Assembly: GCA_964506565.1 (NCBI GenBank)
Contig: CAZDLP010000002.1
Coordinates: 1-50,329, forward strand
Length of the DNA: 50,329 nt
Direction of reading: 5' to 3'
Source: an uncultured Planctomycetia bacterium
GTDB lineage: Bacteria; Omnitrophota; Gorgyraeia; JABMRG01
Position 1 is the first letter of the stretch, and each line of letters begins with the position of its first letter. This document shows positions 37,239 to 46,923 of this stretch, one piece after another. A model generated the notes under the pieces. That model had not been told where the DNA came from, did no database searches, and saw only the letters and a list, made by a program, of their open reading frames with translations. The position numbers and the translations under genes are program-made.

Positions 37239-39443
37239 TTATCTTCTTTTTTGCCATAGCAAGATAAGAGGGCTTGCTATAAAAATCGTTGAATATATAC
37301 CTGAAATAAAACCTACTATAAGGCAAAACGCAAAATTATTAAGCACTACTCCACCCCATACAAATAATGCGACAGCAGTAAAAAGCGTTGTTAGAGTCGT
37401 AAATACGGTTCTGCCAAGGGTCTGATTTATACTTAAGTTTATAAGATCTGTAAATTTTATCTTACGCAGGAGACGCATGTTCTCTCGTATCCTGTCAAAA
37501 ATAACTACTGTATCGTTGATCGAATAACCTGCTACAGTTAATATTGCCGCGACAGCAGTCAGATCAAACTCTCTTCCGGCTATAGCCATCGCCACGATTA
37601 CAATTAGAACATCGTGAAAAAGCGCGACTACACCAGCAAAACCATATTCCCAATGCTTAAACCTAAAACCGATATATACCAAGATACCTAAAAGTCCGAA
37701 GATCAAAGCACGTATGGCATTCTTTCTTAATAGCTTTCCTACAGAAGGGCCTACTCGTTCAACACGCATGAGCTCAAAACTATTATCCGTTATTGAACTT
37801 TTTAAGGCGTTGTTAAGCTGCACATCAACATCTTCTGATGTGCGTATTAGCACCTCACGACCTCCTGTGATCTCTTGTATAGACGCACCCTTAAGGCCTA
37901 ATTCGCTGACCACGGACCTTACCTTTGCTATATCTATAGGATTCCTAAATTGTATCTGCTGCAGTGTTCCACCGGTAAAATCCACGCCAAAATTTCTTTC
38001 ACCACGTGAACCAAATATCGATAGTCCGATTATGACGATAACGAGTGAGATACCATAACAGATTTTTCTCTTTCCAATAAAATCTATCTTTGTATCATGT
38101 ATCCAATTAAGCATCTTTAGGGTCTTAAAATTCGGTGAAAGCGCAAATAGCTGAAATATGGTGCGTGTTACAACAAGAGCCGTAAAAAGACTTGCGAATA
38201 TACCTATTGTAAGAGTCATCGCGAAGCCCCTTATGGCGCCGGTACCGAACTGGAATAAAAGTATCGCAGCGATAAGCGTTGTAAGGTTAGAATCTATAAT
38301 CGCGCTCAATGCCTTGCTGTAACCTGTAGATATCGCGCTACGTATTGTCTTGCCTGTGCGCAGCTCTTCTTTAACTCTTTCATATATAAGAACATTGGCA
38401 TCTACTGCCATGCCTAAAGTCAATATAAGTCCTGCTATACCTGGCAACGTGAGGGTAAAATGGAAATACCCCATAACGCCAAGAATAATAAGAAAATTTA
38501 ATACAAGCGCAAAAACAGAAACAATGCCCGCTAAAAGGTAATATACTGCCATAAAAACACATACAAAAAAAGCTCCTATTACTATCGCCTTTATTCCTGA
38601 TCGAATTGAGTCCAGGCCCAAAAGAGGCCCGACTGTCCTCTCCTCTTCTATTACAACAGGTGCGGGAAGAGCACCTGCGCGCAATATAATAGAGAGATCA
38701 TTTGCCTCTTCAGGACTAAACCTGCCCTGGATCACACCTTCCCCGCTCGGAATTCTCTCTTTTATAACAGGTGCGGATTTTACGTTACCATCAAGAACTA
38801 TTGCCAAGCGTGTGCCAACGTTGTTACCGGTTATTCTGGCAAATTTCTTAGCCCCTTCTTTATTAAACGCAATAGATACTGTCGGCTGATTAAATGAAGA
38901 TTGGTCAAATTTCACAAAAGCGTTCGTTAGATCTGCTCCGGTAATTTCCACGTTCTTTTCCAGAAGAATTTTTTCACCATTCTCGCCTTCCAGGAGCTCA
39001 TATCCGCCTTCAATCTCTCCTGCTAAAGCTTTTTTTAGTTTCTCGGGGTCAGAAGATACGAGCCTAAATTCTAAAAGCGCTGTCCTTCCGATAAGCTCTA
39101 ATGCTCTATCTCTATCAGTAACGCCCGGTAGCTGAATCACCATCTCATCCGTTCCCTGGCGCTGTATAGAGACTTCCTTTACTCCGAACTGGTCCACCCT
39201 GTTCCTTATAATCTCCAGGGCTCTATCCGGAGCGTCTTCTGCTTCCTCTTCTGTAAGTTTTGATGTGTCAACCTTAAGAACGAGGTGCATACCGCCCTGC
39301 AAATCAAGGCCAAGATTTATCCTTCCCTCTCTTATGATATTGCCTTCTTTATCCTTCACACTAAGCGGCGGCCAAAGGCTCCATATCGAAAGACCTATTA
39401 CAACAAGAATCAATATAGTCTTCCACTTCAGATTCTTCTGCAT
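37239..39443 (-). CDS. secDF: Fused protein translocase subunit SecDF
   Basis: 734 aa. SecD periplasmic domain plus two 6-TM SecD/SecF modules. Confidence 0.92.
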   Translation of the reverse strand: MQKNLKWKTILILVVIGLSIWSLWPPLSVKDKEGNIIREGRINLGLDLQGGMHLVLKVDTSKLTEEEAEDAPDRALEIIRNRVDQFGVKEVSIQRQGTDEMVIQLPGVTDRDRALELIGRTALLEFRLVSSDPEKLKKALAGEIEGGYELLEGENGEKILLEKNVEITGADLTNAFVKFDQSSFNQPTVSIAFNKEGAKKFARITGNNVGTRLAIVLDGNVKSAPVIKERIPSGEGVIQGRFSPEEANDLSIILRAGALPAPVVIEEERTVGPLLGLDSIRSGIKAIVIGAFFVCVFMAVYYLLAGIVSVFALVLNFLIILGVMGYFHFTLTLPGIAGLILTLGMAVDANVLIYERVKEELRTGKTIRSAISTGYSKALSAIIDSNLTTLIAAILLFQFGTGAIRGFAMTLTIGIFASLFTALVVTRTIFQLFALSPNFKTLKMLNWIHDTKIDFIGKRKICYGISLVIVIIGLSIFGSRGERNFGVDFTGGTLQQIQFRNPIDIAKVRSVVSELGLKGASIQEITGGREVLIRTSEDVDVQLNNALKSSITDNSFELMRVERVGPSVGKLLRKNAIRALIFGLLGILVYIGFRFKHWEYGFAGVVALFHDVLIVIVAMAIAGREFDLTAVAAILTVAGYSINDTVVIFDRIRENMRLLRKIKFTDLINLSINQTLGRTVFTTLTTLFTAVALFVWGGVVLNNFAFCLIVGFISGIYSTIFIASPLILLWQKRR

Positions 39444-39466
39444 TTAACAAAACTCCTTTTATATCG

Positions 39467-39808
39467 TTAATTGCTTGATGTCTTCTCTGTTTTCTTTACT
39501 ACCCCGGATACTGCTGTCTTTGATATCTCTATCTTGACATTCTCATCCACTCTAATCACATATGTGTTATCCTTTATATTCACAATGGTGCCGTGAATAC
39601 CGCCAGAGGTAATTACCTGGTCATTCTTCTTCAGCTCAGACAACATCGCCTTGTGATCTTTCTGCTTTTTCTGCTGCGGCCTGATAAGTAGAAAATAGAA
39701 TATAACAAACATTAGTATAAGCGGCATTAAGCTTATCAAAGGATTTGGCGCCGCTGCCCCCGACTGTTGTGGTACCTGGCCCATCGCATACGCTATTGAT
39801 AAAAACAT
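39467..39808 (-). CDS. yajC: Preprotein translocase subunit YajC
   Basis: 113 aa. Single TM, then LIRPQQKKQKDHKAMLSELKKNDQVITSGGIHG. Confidence 0.9.
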   Translation of the reverse strand: MFLSIAYAMGQVPQQSGAAAPNPLISLMPLILMFVIFYFLLIRPQQKKQKDHKAMLSELKKNDQVITSGGIHGTIVNIKDNTYVIRVDENVKIEISKTAVSGVVKKTEKTSSN

Positions 39809-39867
39809 ATTTTAAGCCTCCATTTTTTTATCGGATTGTATACTGCACTCACCGAATTTGTGTTATG

Positions 39868-41010
<1,143 letters not shown>

Positions 41011-41016
41011 GTGCTA

Positions 41017-42057
41017 TCAAAGTATCAGCATGGCATCACCATAACTGTAAAAACGATATTTTTTCTCAACAGCCTCGTGATATGCTTTAATAAGATTATC
41101 TCTGCCACAAAGAGCAGAGACAAGCATAAGCAATGTTGTGCGGGGAAAATGAAAATTTGTAATCATGCCATCAACTATCTTAAAGCTATACCCGGGACGA
41201 ATAAATAGATCTGTCCATTCTTTAATAGCACGCACACTGCATGTTGTCTCCTGTATAACTGCTGCGGATTCCAGGGCGCGGCAACAGGTTGTTCCTACGG
41301 CTACTATCCTTCTATTGTCTGCCCTAGCGCTATTAATTCTAAGGGCCGATTCTTCGGTTATCTCAAAATACTCCCTGTGCATCTTATGATTCGATATATC
41401 ATCCTCTGTTACAGGCTTAAATGTGGCATAACCTACATGCAAGGTTATATAGGCTATCTCAATACCCCTTTTAGCAATCTCAGATAATAAGGCCCTTGTA
41501 AAATGCAATCCTGCTGTTGGAGCAGCGACAGCACCTTTCTTACTTGAATATACTGTCTGATACCTGTCCTCATCCTCTTTTTCAGGTGCTCTCTTGATGT
41601 ATGGGGGAAGAGGCACCTGACCTGCCTTCTCTATAGCAGTTAGAACATCATCCTCAGAATAAAAACGTATACGCTTAAAATCTCCTTCTGCGCCTACTAC
41701 CTCCGCCTCTAGTTCTCCACCGCCGAATATCAGCCTCGTGCCATCTTTAAATTTACGCGCAGGACGTACTAAACATGAATAAGTATCATTTTCGAGTTTA
41801 TCAATAATAAGAATTTCTATTTTGCCATCAAGTCTGGCCCTCTTACCCATAAGTCTGGCATTTACAACCCTCGTATCATTTAAAACGAGAAGATCTCCTC
41901 TATTAAGAAGCTGCGGAAGATTACTAAATTTATAATGTTTACACGAAGAGTCCTCCTTATCAAGAAACAGCAGCTTTGAACCATCTCTCTCCTTAACAGG
42001 AAACTGCGCTATTAACTCATTTGGAAGATCATAATCAAAATCTGAAAGCCTCATCAT
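41017..42057 (-). CDS. queA: S-adenosylmethionine:tRNA ribosyltransferase-isomerase
   Basis: 346 aa. SDFDYDLPNELIAQ start, APTAGLHFT, VGTTCCRALES. Confidence 0.95.
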   Translation of the reverse strand: MMRLSDFDYDLPNELIAQFPVKERDGSKLLFLDKEDSSCKHYKFSNLPQLLNRGDLLVLNDTRVVNARLMGKRARLDGKIEILIIDKLENDTYSCLVRPARKFKDGTRLIFGGGELEAEVVGAEGDFKRIRFYSEDDVLTAIEKAGQVPLPPYIKRAPEKEDEDRYQTVYSSKKGAVAAPTAGLHFTRALLSEIAKRGIEIAYITLHVGYATFKPVTEDDISNHKMHREYFEITEESALRINSARADNRRIVAVGTTCCRALESAAVIQETTCSVRAIKEWTDLFIRPGYSFKIVDGMITNFHFPRTTLLMLVSALCGRDNLIKAYHEAVEKKYRFYSYGDAMLIL

Positions 42058-42060
42058 AAA

Positions 42061-43248
42061 CTAATCCTTGTAGCTATCTGATAACTTTACTATCTCTGCG
42101 CCGGGATAATATAAGTTCAATATCTGCTTAACATTTTTTCCTTTTTTTGCCATTGAGAACGCGCCCCACTGGCACAGGCCCACACCATGGCCCCAACCCT
42201 TTCCTTCAAGGCGCACATCCTTATCCATTATTCGTACAGTAAAATTCGTACTCTTAATAACCCTGGAACCTAATATATGGCGAAAATCCTTTGCGCTTAT
42301 TTTTATCCGCCGTGTACGTCCTTTTAAAATAAGCTGAGTAATCCTTCCGGACGGATCCCTTCCTTCTATCTCTATTGCGGTTATTCCGGATATCTTGTGC
42401 CCTGCATTATTGAGCTTCTTCTCAATTTCTGCAAGAGAAAGATCAAGCTCCCAAGCAAAATGAGGGGAATTTTTGCAATATATGCATCTCACCCCTTTCA
42501 AGGGCTTTGCCTGAACATCCCATAGCCTTTTGGCATATTCTGTATGCCCGCCGCATGTAGCGTGAAAAAAAGCCGGCAAAAGCCGGCCATTATATACAAG
42601 TACTTCTCCTCTAGTCTCTTCTACAGCTTTATTTGTACGGTATTTTTCTGCGTACACACCTCCGTACACCTGCGAGCTTACATCTGACTTGAGATAATAA
42701 TGCTTATCATTATTCTGCTCTGCCTGATAAAGCGCGAATGTCCTCGACGCTATAGCCTGTGCCTTTATAACCTCCATCGGCCAGCGGTGCGATACTTCAT
42801 GGAAGAGAACGCCCTTAAGGTAATCTTCTAAGTTGATTATATTAATGGCACGGAGAAGCCCATCTTCTGTTTTTATGATCTGAAGGCTGCCTCTATAGAG
42901 CCTCTTGCCGAGATATATCGCTGGTTGTCTCTGAGAGATTATATGTATGGCATATATCTTGAACTTCTTCTTTCCAAAATCTATACCATAAGCGCAGGGC
43001 CGTATCTTTATATTATAAAAAGTCCTGCCCTCATCCAGAAGTTCTTCTGTCTCAAAGATCCGTATCTCATACGGGCCTTTTATAGAGAGGTTGAGCTCGC
43101 TTGCGCTATCCGCGACTACTACCCTAATCTTTTCTGGGACATTAATAATTTCTGCCATAAGGCAAGGGATAGATACAAAAAAAAAGGCGAGCAAACACAA
43201 AAGCAAAGAGAGGCTATAATGAAAAATTGGTTCTCTTACTCCTCTCAT
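42061..43248 (-). CDS. SpoIID/LytB domain-containing protein
   Basis: 395 aa. Signal/anchor segment. Matches seen by eye: KAQAIASRTFAL, FHATCGGHTE, GHGVGLCQWGA. Confidence 0.85.
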   Translation of the reverse strand: MRGVREPIFHYSLSLLLCLLAFFFVSIPCLMAEIINVPEKIRVVVADSASELNLSIKGPYEIRIFETEELLDEGRTFYNIKIRPCAYGIDFGKKKFKIYAIHIISQRQPAIYLGKRLYRGSLQIIKTEDGLLRAINIINLEDYLKGVLFHEVSHRWPMEVIKAQAIASRTFALYQAEQNNDKHYYLKSDVSSQVYGGVYAEKYRTNKAVEETRGEVLVYNGRLLPAFFHATCGGHTEYAKRLWDVQAKPLKGVRCIYCKNSPHFAWELDLSLAEIEKKLNNAGHKISGITAIEIEGRDPSGRITQLILKGRTRRIKISAKDFRHILGSRVIKSTNFTVRIMDKDVRLEGKGWGHGVGLCQWGAFSMAKKGKNVKQILNLYYPGAEIVKLSDSYKD

Positions 43249-43808
43249 TCGACTTCTGCCCTCTGCTCCCTGCCATATGTCTTTTTTGATCTTTCGCGCT
43301 CGCTGTAAATGCAGCCACAGTATTTCTGATGATAAAGCCCCATCTCTTTAGAAAGTCTGTGCGACTCACGAAACCCTGGTCGGAAATCATCATAAAAAAA
43401 TGCTACTGAGTGCTGTTGTTGCGCCTTTAGCGCGATCGCTTTCATCTCCTGATGATCCTGGTAGGGACTTATAAAGAGCGTGCTTGTAAAACCATCGAAA
43501 CCATTCTTTGATGCGTATTCAGCAGCCTTATTCAAGCGTAGGGCCCAACATAGGCTACATCTTTGATCATTCTCATGGAAGGTAATCTTTCTAAAAAAAT
43601 CCTCAAACTGATAATCATTACAAAAAAATACCTTCACTCCTGTAGCTTCAGATAACTTTATACATGATTTTTTTCTATTTTCGTATTCAGACAAAGGATG
43701 GATATTCGGATTATAAAAAAACCCCTCAACATCATTGCCGCTATCACGTAACTTTTGAATGCTGTAAACCGCACAGGGCGCGCAGCAAATATGTAAAAGT
43801 ATTTTCAT
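43245..43808 (-). CDS. queH: Epoxyqueuosine reductase QueH (DUF208)
   Basis: MKILLHICCAPCAVYS N-terminus and a C-terminal CGCIYS motif. The start was moved to the ATG at 43808 (the ORF-track start 43838 is a GTG). ATGA overlap with the SpoIID-like gene. Confidence 0.85.
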   Translation of the reverse strand: MKILLHICCAPCAVYSIQKLRDSGNDVEGFFYNPNIHPLSEYENRKKSCIKLSEATGVKVFFCNDYQFEDFFRKITFHENDQRCSLCWALRLNKAAEYASKNGFDGFTSTLFISPYQDHQEMKAIALKAQQQHSVAFFYDDFRPGFRESHRLSKEMGLYHQKYCGCIYSERERSKKTYGREQRAEVE

Positions 43809-43811
43809 AAT

Positions 43812-43832
43812 ATTAGTTCTACGTTCTACGTT
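43812..43832. repeat. Three tandem heptamers (minus strand AACGTAG AACGTAG AACTAAT) immediately upstream of queH
   Basis: Period 7, ending 3 nt before the queH ATG. Confidence 0.6.
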
Positions 43833-43872
43833 ATACACTCTATGCTTTAAACTTACAACATAAAATGTACAA

Positions 43873-44910
43873 CTAAGCTAATTGCTTTCTATCTTTTCCA
43901 TCCATGTGTTTATAAGCAAGTTCAGTTACCTGTCGCCCTCTTTGTGTGCGCTTCAAATAACCTATCTTAAGCAAAAATGGCTCTACTACATCTACTATAG
44001 TATCTGGCTCCTCATTAAGAGAGGCTGCGAGAGATTCTATGCCTACAGGGCCGCCATCGTAATAATCTATTATAGCGCTTAAGACCTTACGATCAACCAT
44101 GTCAAGCCCCGCGTTATCTATGCCCTGTGACTTAAGGGCCTTGTCCACTATGCTCTCTTCAATATTGCCATCAAACTTAACCTCAGCGTAATCGCGCACC
44201 CTTCGTAACAATCTGTTAGCAACGCGTGGCGTACCACGTGAACACTTCGCAATCTCCATCGCCGCTGAATTTGTTATATTTACGCCTAAAAGTGCCGCGG
44301 AACGTATGATTATCTTTAGCAAGTCTTCTGGTTCGTAAAAATCCAGGTGATGAAATATGCCAAACCTACCACGCATGGGCGCTGTAAGCAAGCCTGAGCG
44401 CGTAGTAGCACCTATCAATGTAAAGGCCTTTAGGTTAAATTTTATAGTCTTGGCATAGGGCCCCTTATCTATTACAAAATCTATCTGAAAATTTTCCATA
44501 GCAGGATAAAGGAACTCTTCCACAACCTTTGACATCCTATGAATCTCATCAATAAAGAGAATATCGCCTTCCTCGAGATTTGTTAATATTCCGATAAGAT
44601 CACCTGCTCTTTCTATAGCAGGGCCGGAGGTTGCTGTTATTTTTGTACCCATCTCATGCGCCATAATGTGAGCCAAAGTTGTCTTTCCCAGACCCGGAGG
44701 ACCTGAAAAAAGTATGTGTTCAGCAGGCTCTTTACGTCTCTTAGCGGCCTCAATAAATATCAACAAATTTTCAACTAGTCCTGCCTGGCCAATAAATTCG
44801 TTTATCTTTGTTGGCCTCAGTGAAATACTTAGTATCTGATCCTCGTCCGTCTCCCTGCCGGTTATCAGCTTCTCCCTTGCTATATGTTGTTCTTTTTTAA
44901 CATTGCTCAT
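43873..44910 (-). CDS. ruvB: Holliday junction branch migration ATPase RuvB
   Basis: 345 aa. Walker A GPPGLGKTT, DEIHR, RFGI sensor. Confidence 0.95.
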   Translation of the reverse strand: MSNVKKEQHIAREKLITGRETDEDQILSISLRPTKINEFIGQAGLVENLLIFIEAAKRRKEPAEHILFSGPPGLGKTTLAHIMAHEMGTKITATSGPAIERAGDLIGILTNLEEGDILFIDEIHRMSKVVEEFLYPAMENFQIDFVIDKGPYAKTIKFNLKAFTLIGATTRSGLLTAPMRGRFGIFHHLDFYEPEDLLKIIIRSAALLGVNITNSAAMEIAKCSRGTPRVANRLLRRVRDYAEVKFDGNIEESIVDKALKSQGIDNAGLDMVDRKVLSAIIDYYDGGPVGIESLAASLNEEPDTIVDVVEPFLLKIGYLKRTQRGRQVTELAYKHMDGKDRKQLA

Positions 44911-45536
44911 GGCTGAATCCTTTTCTGCTTATAAACTGCGTTCAGGAGTTCTTCACTCGCGGAAATCTTAGGATTCCTCTGTATAGCCTTCTCTATCATA
45001 TCTTCTGCCTGCTGCTTCTTATATTGAAGCTGTATAAGTACTTGCAGTGCTTCGTTCTTGATATCCAACTTAGAACCGGAATCCATGTCATCTCCAAAAC
45101 TATCCTGTAAAAGAGCAAATTTTCCTATCTTGTTCTGTAGTTTTGCGATAATCTCTTTTGCCCGCTGTTCGCCAATCCCAGGAAGAGATTTCAAAAAAAC
45201 AAGGTCCCCTCGATCAATGGCTCTTGCTATCTCTGATATGGGCCTGTTTATAGCTCTTACCGCTGCCTTGGGCCCAACCCCGGATACAGTAATGAATCTT
45301 TCGAAAAATTCTCTCTCCACTTCATTTATAAAACCTATAAGCACCGGAAAGCTCCTTGAATGATCTGTAGCGTAATAATGAAATGTGAATAGAAATATCT
45401 CGCTATCTACCGAGGCAGACTCCAGTCCATTGTATACGGTAAGCGGGATAAGCACTTCGTATATTAACCCACCCACATCAATCGCAATGCTTGCCTGGTT
45501 CTTTTTAATAAGCTTACCCCGTATAGCATTAATCAT
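44907..45536 (-). CDS. ruvA: Holliday junction DNA helicase subunit RuvA
   Basis: 209 aa. MINAIRGKL start and HhH motifs (VSGVGPKAA, LPGIGEQRAKEI). Confidence 0.92.
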   Translation of the reverse strand: MINAIRGKLIKKNQASIAIDVGGLIYEVLIPLTVYNGLESASVDSEIFLFTFHYYATDHSRSFPVLIGFINEVEREFFERFITVSGVGPKAAVRAINRPISEIARAIDRGDLVFLKSLPGIGEQRAKEIIAKLQNKIGKFALLQDSFGDDMDSGSKLDIKNEALQVLIQLQYKKQQAEDMIEKAIQRNPKISASEELLNAVYKQKRIQP

Positions 45537-46033
45537 ATATTAGCAGCCTCCAAGTGTTTGTTCTTGGCGTGATAAACATACGTAAGGCACAGTGCGAGAG
45601 CATCAGTAACATCGAGTGGCCTATCAGAGTCTTTAAGATTTAGGATATTATTGACTACGCGCTGCACTTGTGATTTTGACGCGTTTCCATTTCCTGTAAT
45701 CGCACGTTTTGGCGTCTTTGCAGGATACTCGACTACTTCGACATTGCCCTGACTGCAGCAAAAAAGAATAACACCTCTTGCATGCCCCATAAGAATAGCT
45801 GTCATAGGGTGCTTATAATGAGAATATAGCTGCTCTATAATGCATACATCCGGCTTATGGGCGTCTATGATATCTACAAGCTGATAATAGATAGTCTTAA
45901 TTCTTACAGAAAGGGGATCCTTGCAAGATGTTTTTAATACACCTGCCTCTATTACAGATACGACACCTTTCTTATCATCTATAAGCCCGTAACCTGTTGT
46001 ATCTAAACCTGGGTCTATTCCTAGAATCTTCAT
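45533..46033 (-). CDS. ruvC: Crossover junction endodeoxyribonuclease RuvC
   Basis: 166 aa. MKILGIDPGL start, catalytic acidic residues in IEQ and DALA contexts. Confidence 0.92.
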   Translation of the reverse strand: MKILGIDPGLDTTGYGLIDDKKGVVSVIEAGVLKTSCKDPLSVRIKTIYYQLVDIIDAHKPDVCIIEQLYSHYKHPMTAILMGHARGVILFCCSQGNVEVVEYPAKTPKRAITGNGNASKSQVQRVVNNILNLKDSDRPLDVTDALALCLTYVYHAKNKHLEAANI

Positions 46034-46034
46034 A

Positions 46035-46099
46035 TTTCAGGTTATCGGTTTTTGGTGTTAGATTTTCGGCGATAACCGATAACCTGAAACCAAAAACCG
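46035..46099 (-). other. Structured yebC-ruvC spacer with two mutually exclusive perfect helices
   Basis: 46035-46048 tttcaggttatcgg pairs perfectly with 46076-46089 ccgataacctgaaa (14 bp). 46046-46056 cggtttttggt pairs perfectly with 46089-46099 accaaaaaccg (11 bp). The helices share bases and interleave. Confidence 0.6.
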
Positions 46100-46101
46100 A
46101 A

Positions 46102-46845
46102 TCATTCCTCTTCTATTAATTCATCAGGTATATCAAAATTCGCATAAACATTCTGGACATCATCATGATCTTCTAACATCTCAACAAGACTTAAAACCTG
46201 TTTAGCGTCAGCGCCTTCAAGCTTTATTGTGCTAGCCGGTATCATGGTAATCTCCGCTGATTCAATAGCTATGCTTGACTTCTCTAAAGCATCTTTAACT
46301 TTTTCAAAATCAGAGATAGAGGTTGTAATCTCATACATGCCATCTTCTGTTTTCATATCCTCAGCGCCGGCATCAAGAGCAACAGACATCACAGTATCTT
46401 CATCAATATCATTCAAAGCAACCAGGATAAAGCCTTTCTTTGTGAATATCCAACTAACGCTTCCTGAGCCTGCCATATTACCGCCCTTCTTGGCGAATAT
46501 ATTCCTAATATCCGCGCTTGTCCTATTTTTGTTATCTGTCAGCGATTCAGCGATAATAGCCACACCTTTAGGCCCGTAGCCTTCGTATGCTATCTCCTCG
46601 TATGTAACCCCTGGAAGCTCACCCGTGCCCTTTTTAATAGCGCGATCAATATTATCTGCCGGCATATTAACAGCCTTTGCCTTGTTTACTACTAAGCGCA
46701 ATCGTGAATTAGACCCGGGATCTCCGCCGCCCTGTCTTGCCGAAGCTGTCATCTCTTTTGCAAGCTTAGAAAATACCTTTCCTCTCTTTGAATCTGTAGC
46801 TGCTTTCTTATGCTTTATGCTTGCCCATTTATTATGTCCTGACAC
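46102..46845 (-). CDS. yebC: YebC/PmpR (TACO1) family protein
   Basis: The ORF-track TTG at 46851 abuts AAGGAG. A GTG at 46845 lies 6 nt after AAGGAG and gives the canonical (M)[14 protein letters not shown]-terminus. Confidence 0.9.
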   Translation of the reverse strand: MSGHNKWASIKHKKAATDSKRGKVFSKLAKEMTASARQGGGDPGSNSRLRLVVNKAKAVNMPADNIDRAIKKGTGELPGVTYEEIAYEGYGPKGVAIIAESLTDNKNRTSADIRNIFAKKGGNMAGSGSVSWIFTKKGFILVALNDIDEDTVMSVALDAGAEDMKTEDGMYEITTSISDFEKVKDALEKSSIAIESAEITMIPASTIKLEGADAKQVLSLVEMLEDHDDVQNVYANFDIPDELIEEE

Positions 46846-46895
46846 TTGCAACTCCTTGCTCTATGAGTTTCGTTATATATTATGCGTCGTATAAT

Positions 46896-46923
46896 TTAGC
46901 GTTACGCGATACGCAATACGATA
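46896..46923. repeat. Four tandem degenerate heptamers (ttagcgt tacgcga tacgcaa tacgata) directly downstream of the EF-G-like stop
   Basis: Period 7. Abuts the TAA stop at 46924-46926. Confidence 0.65.
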
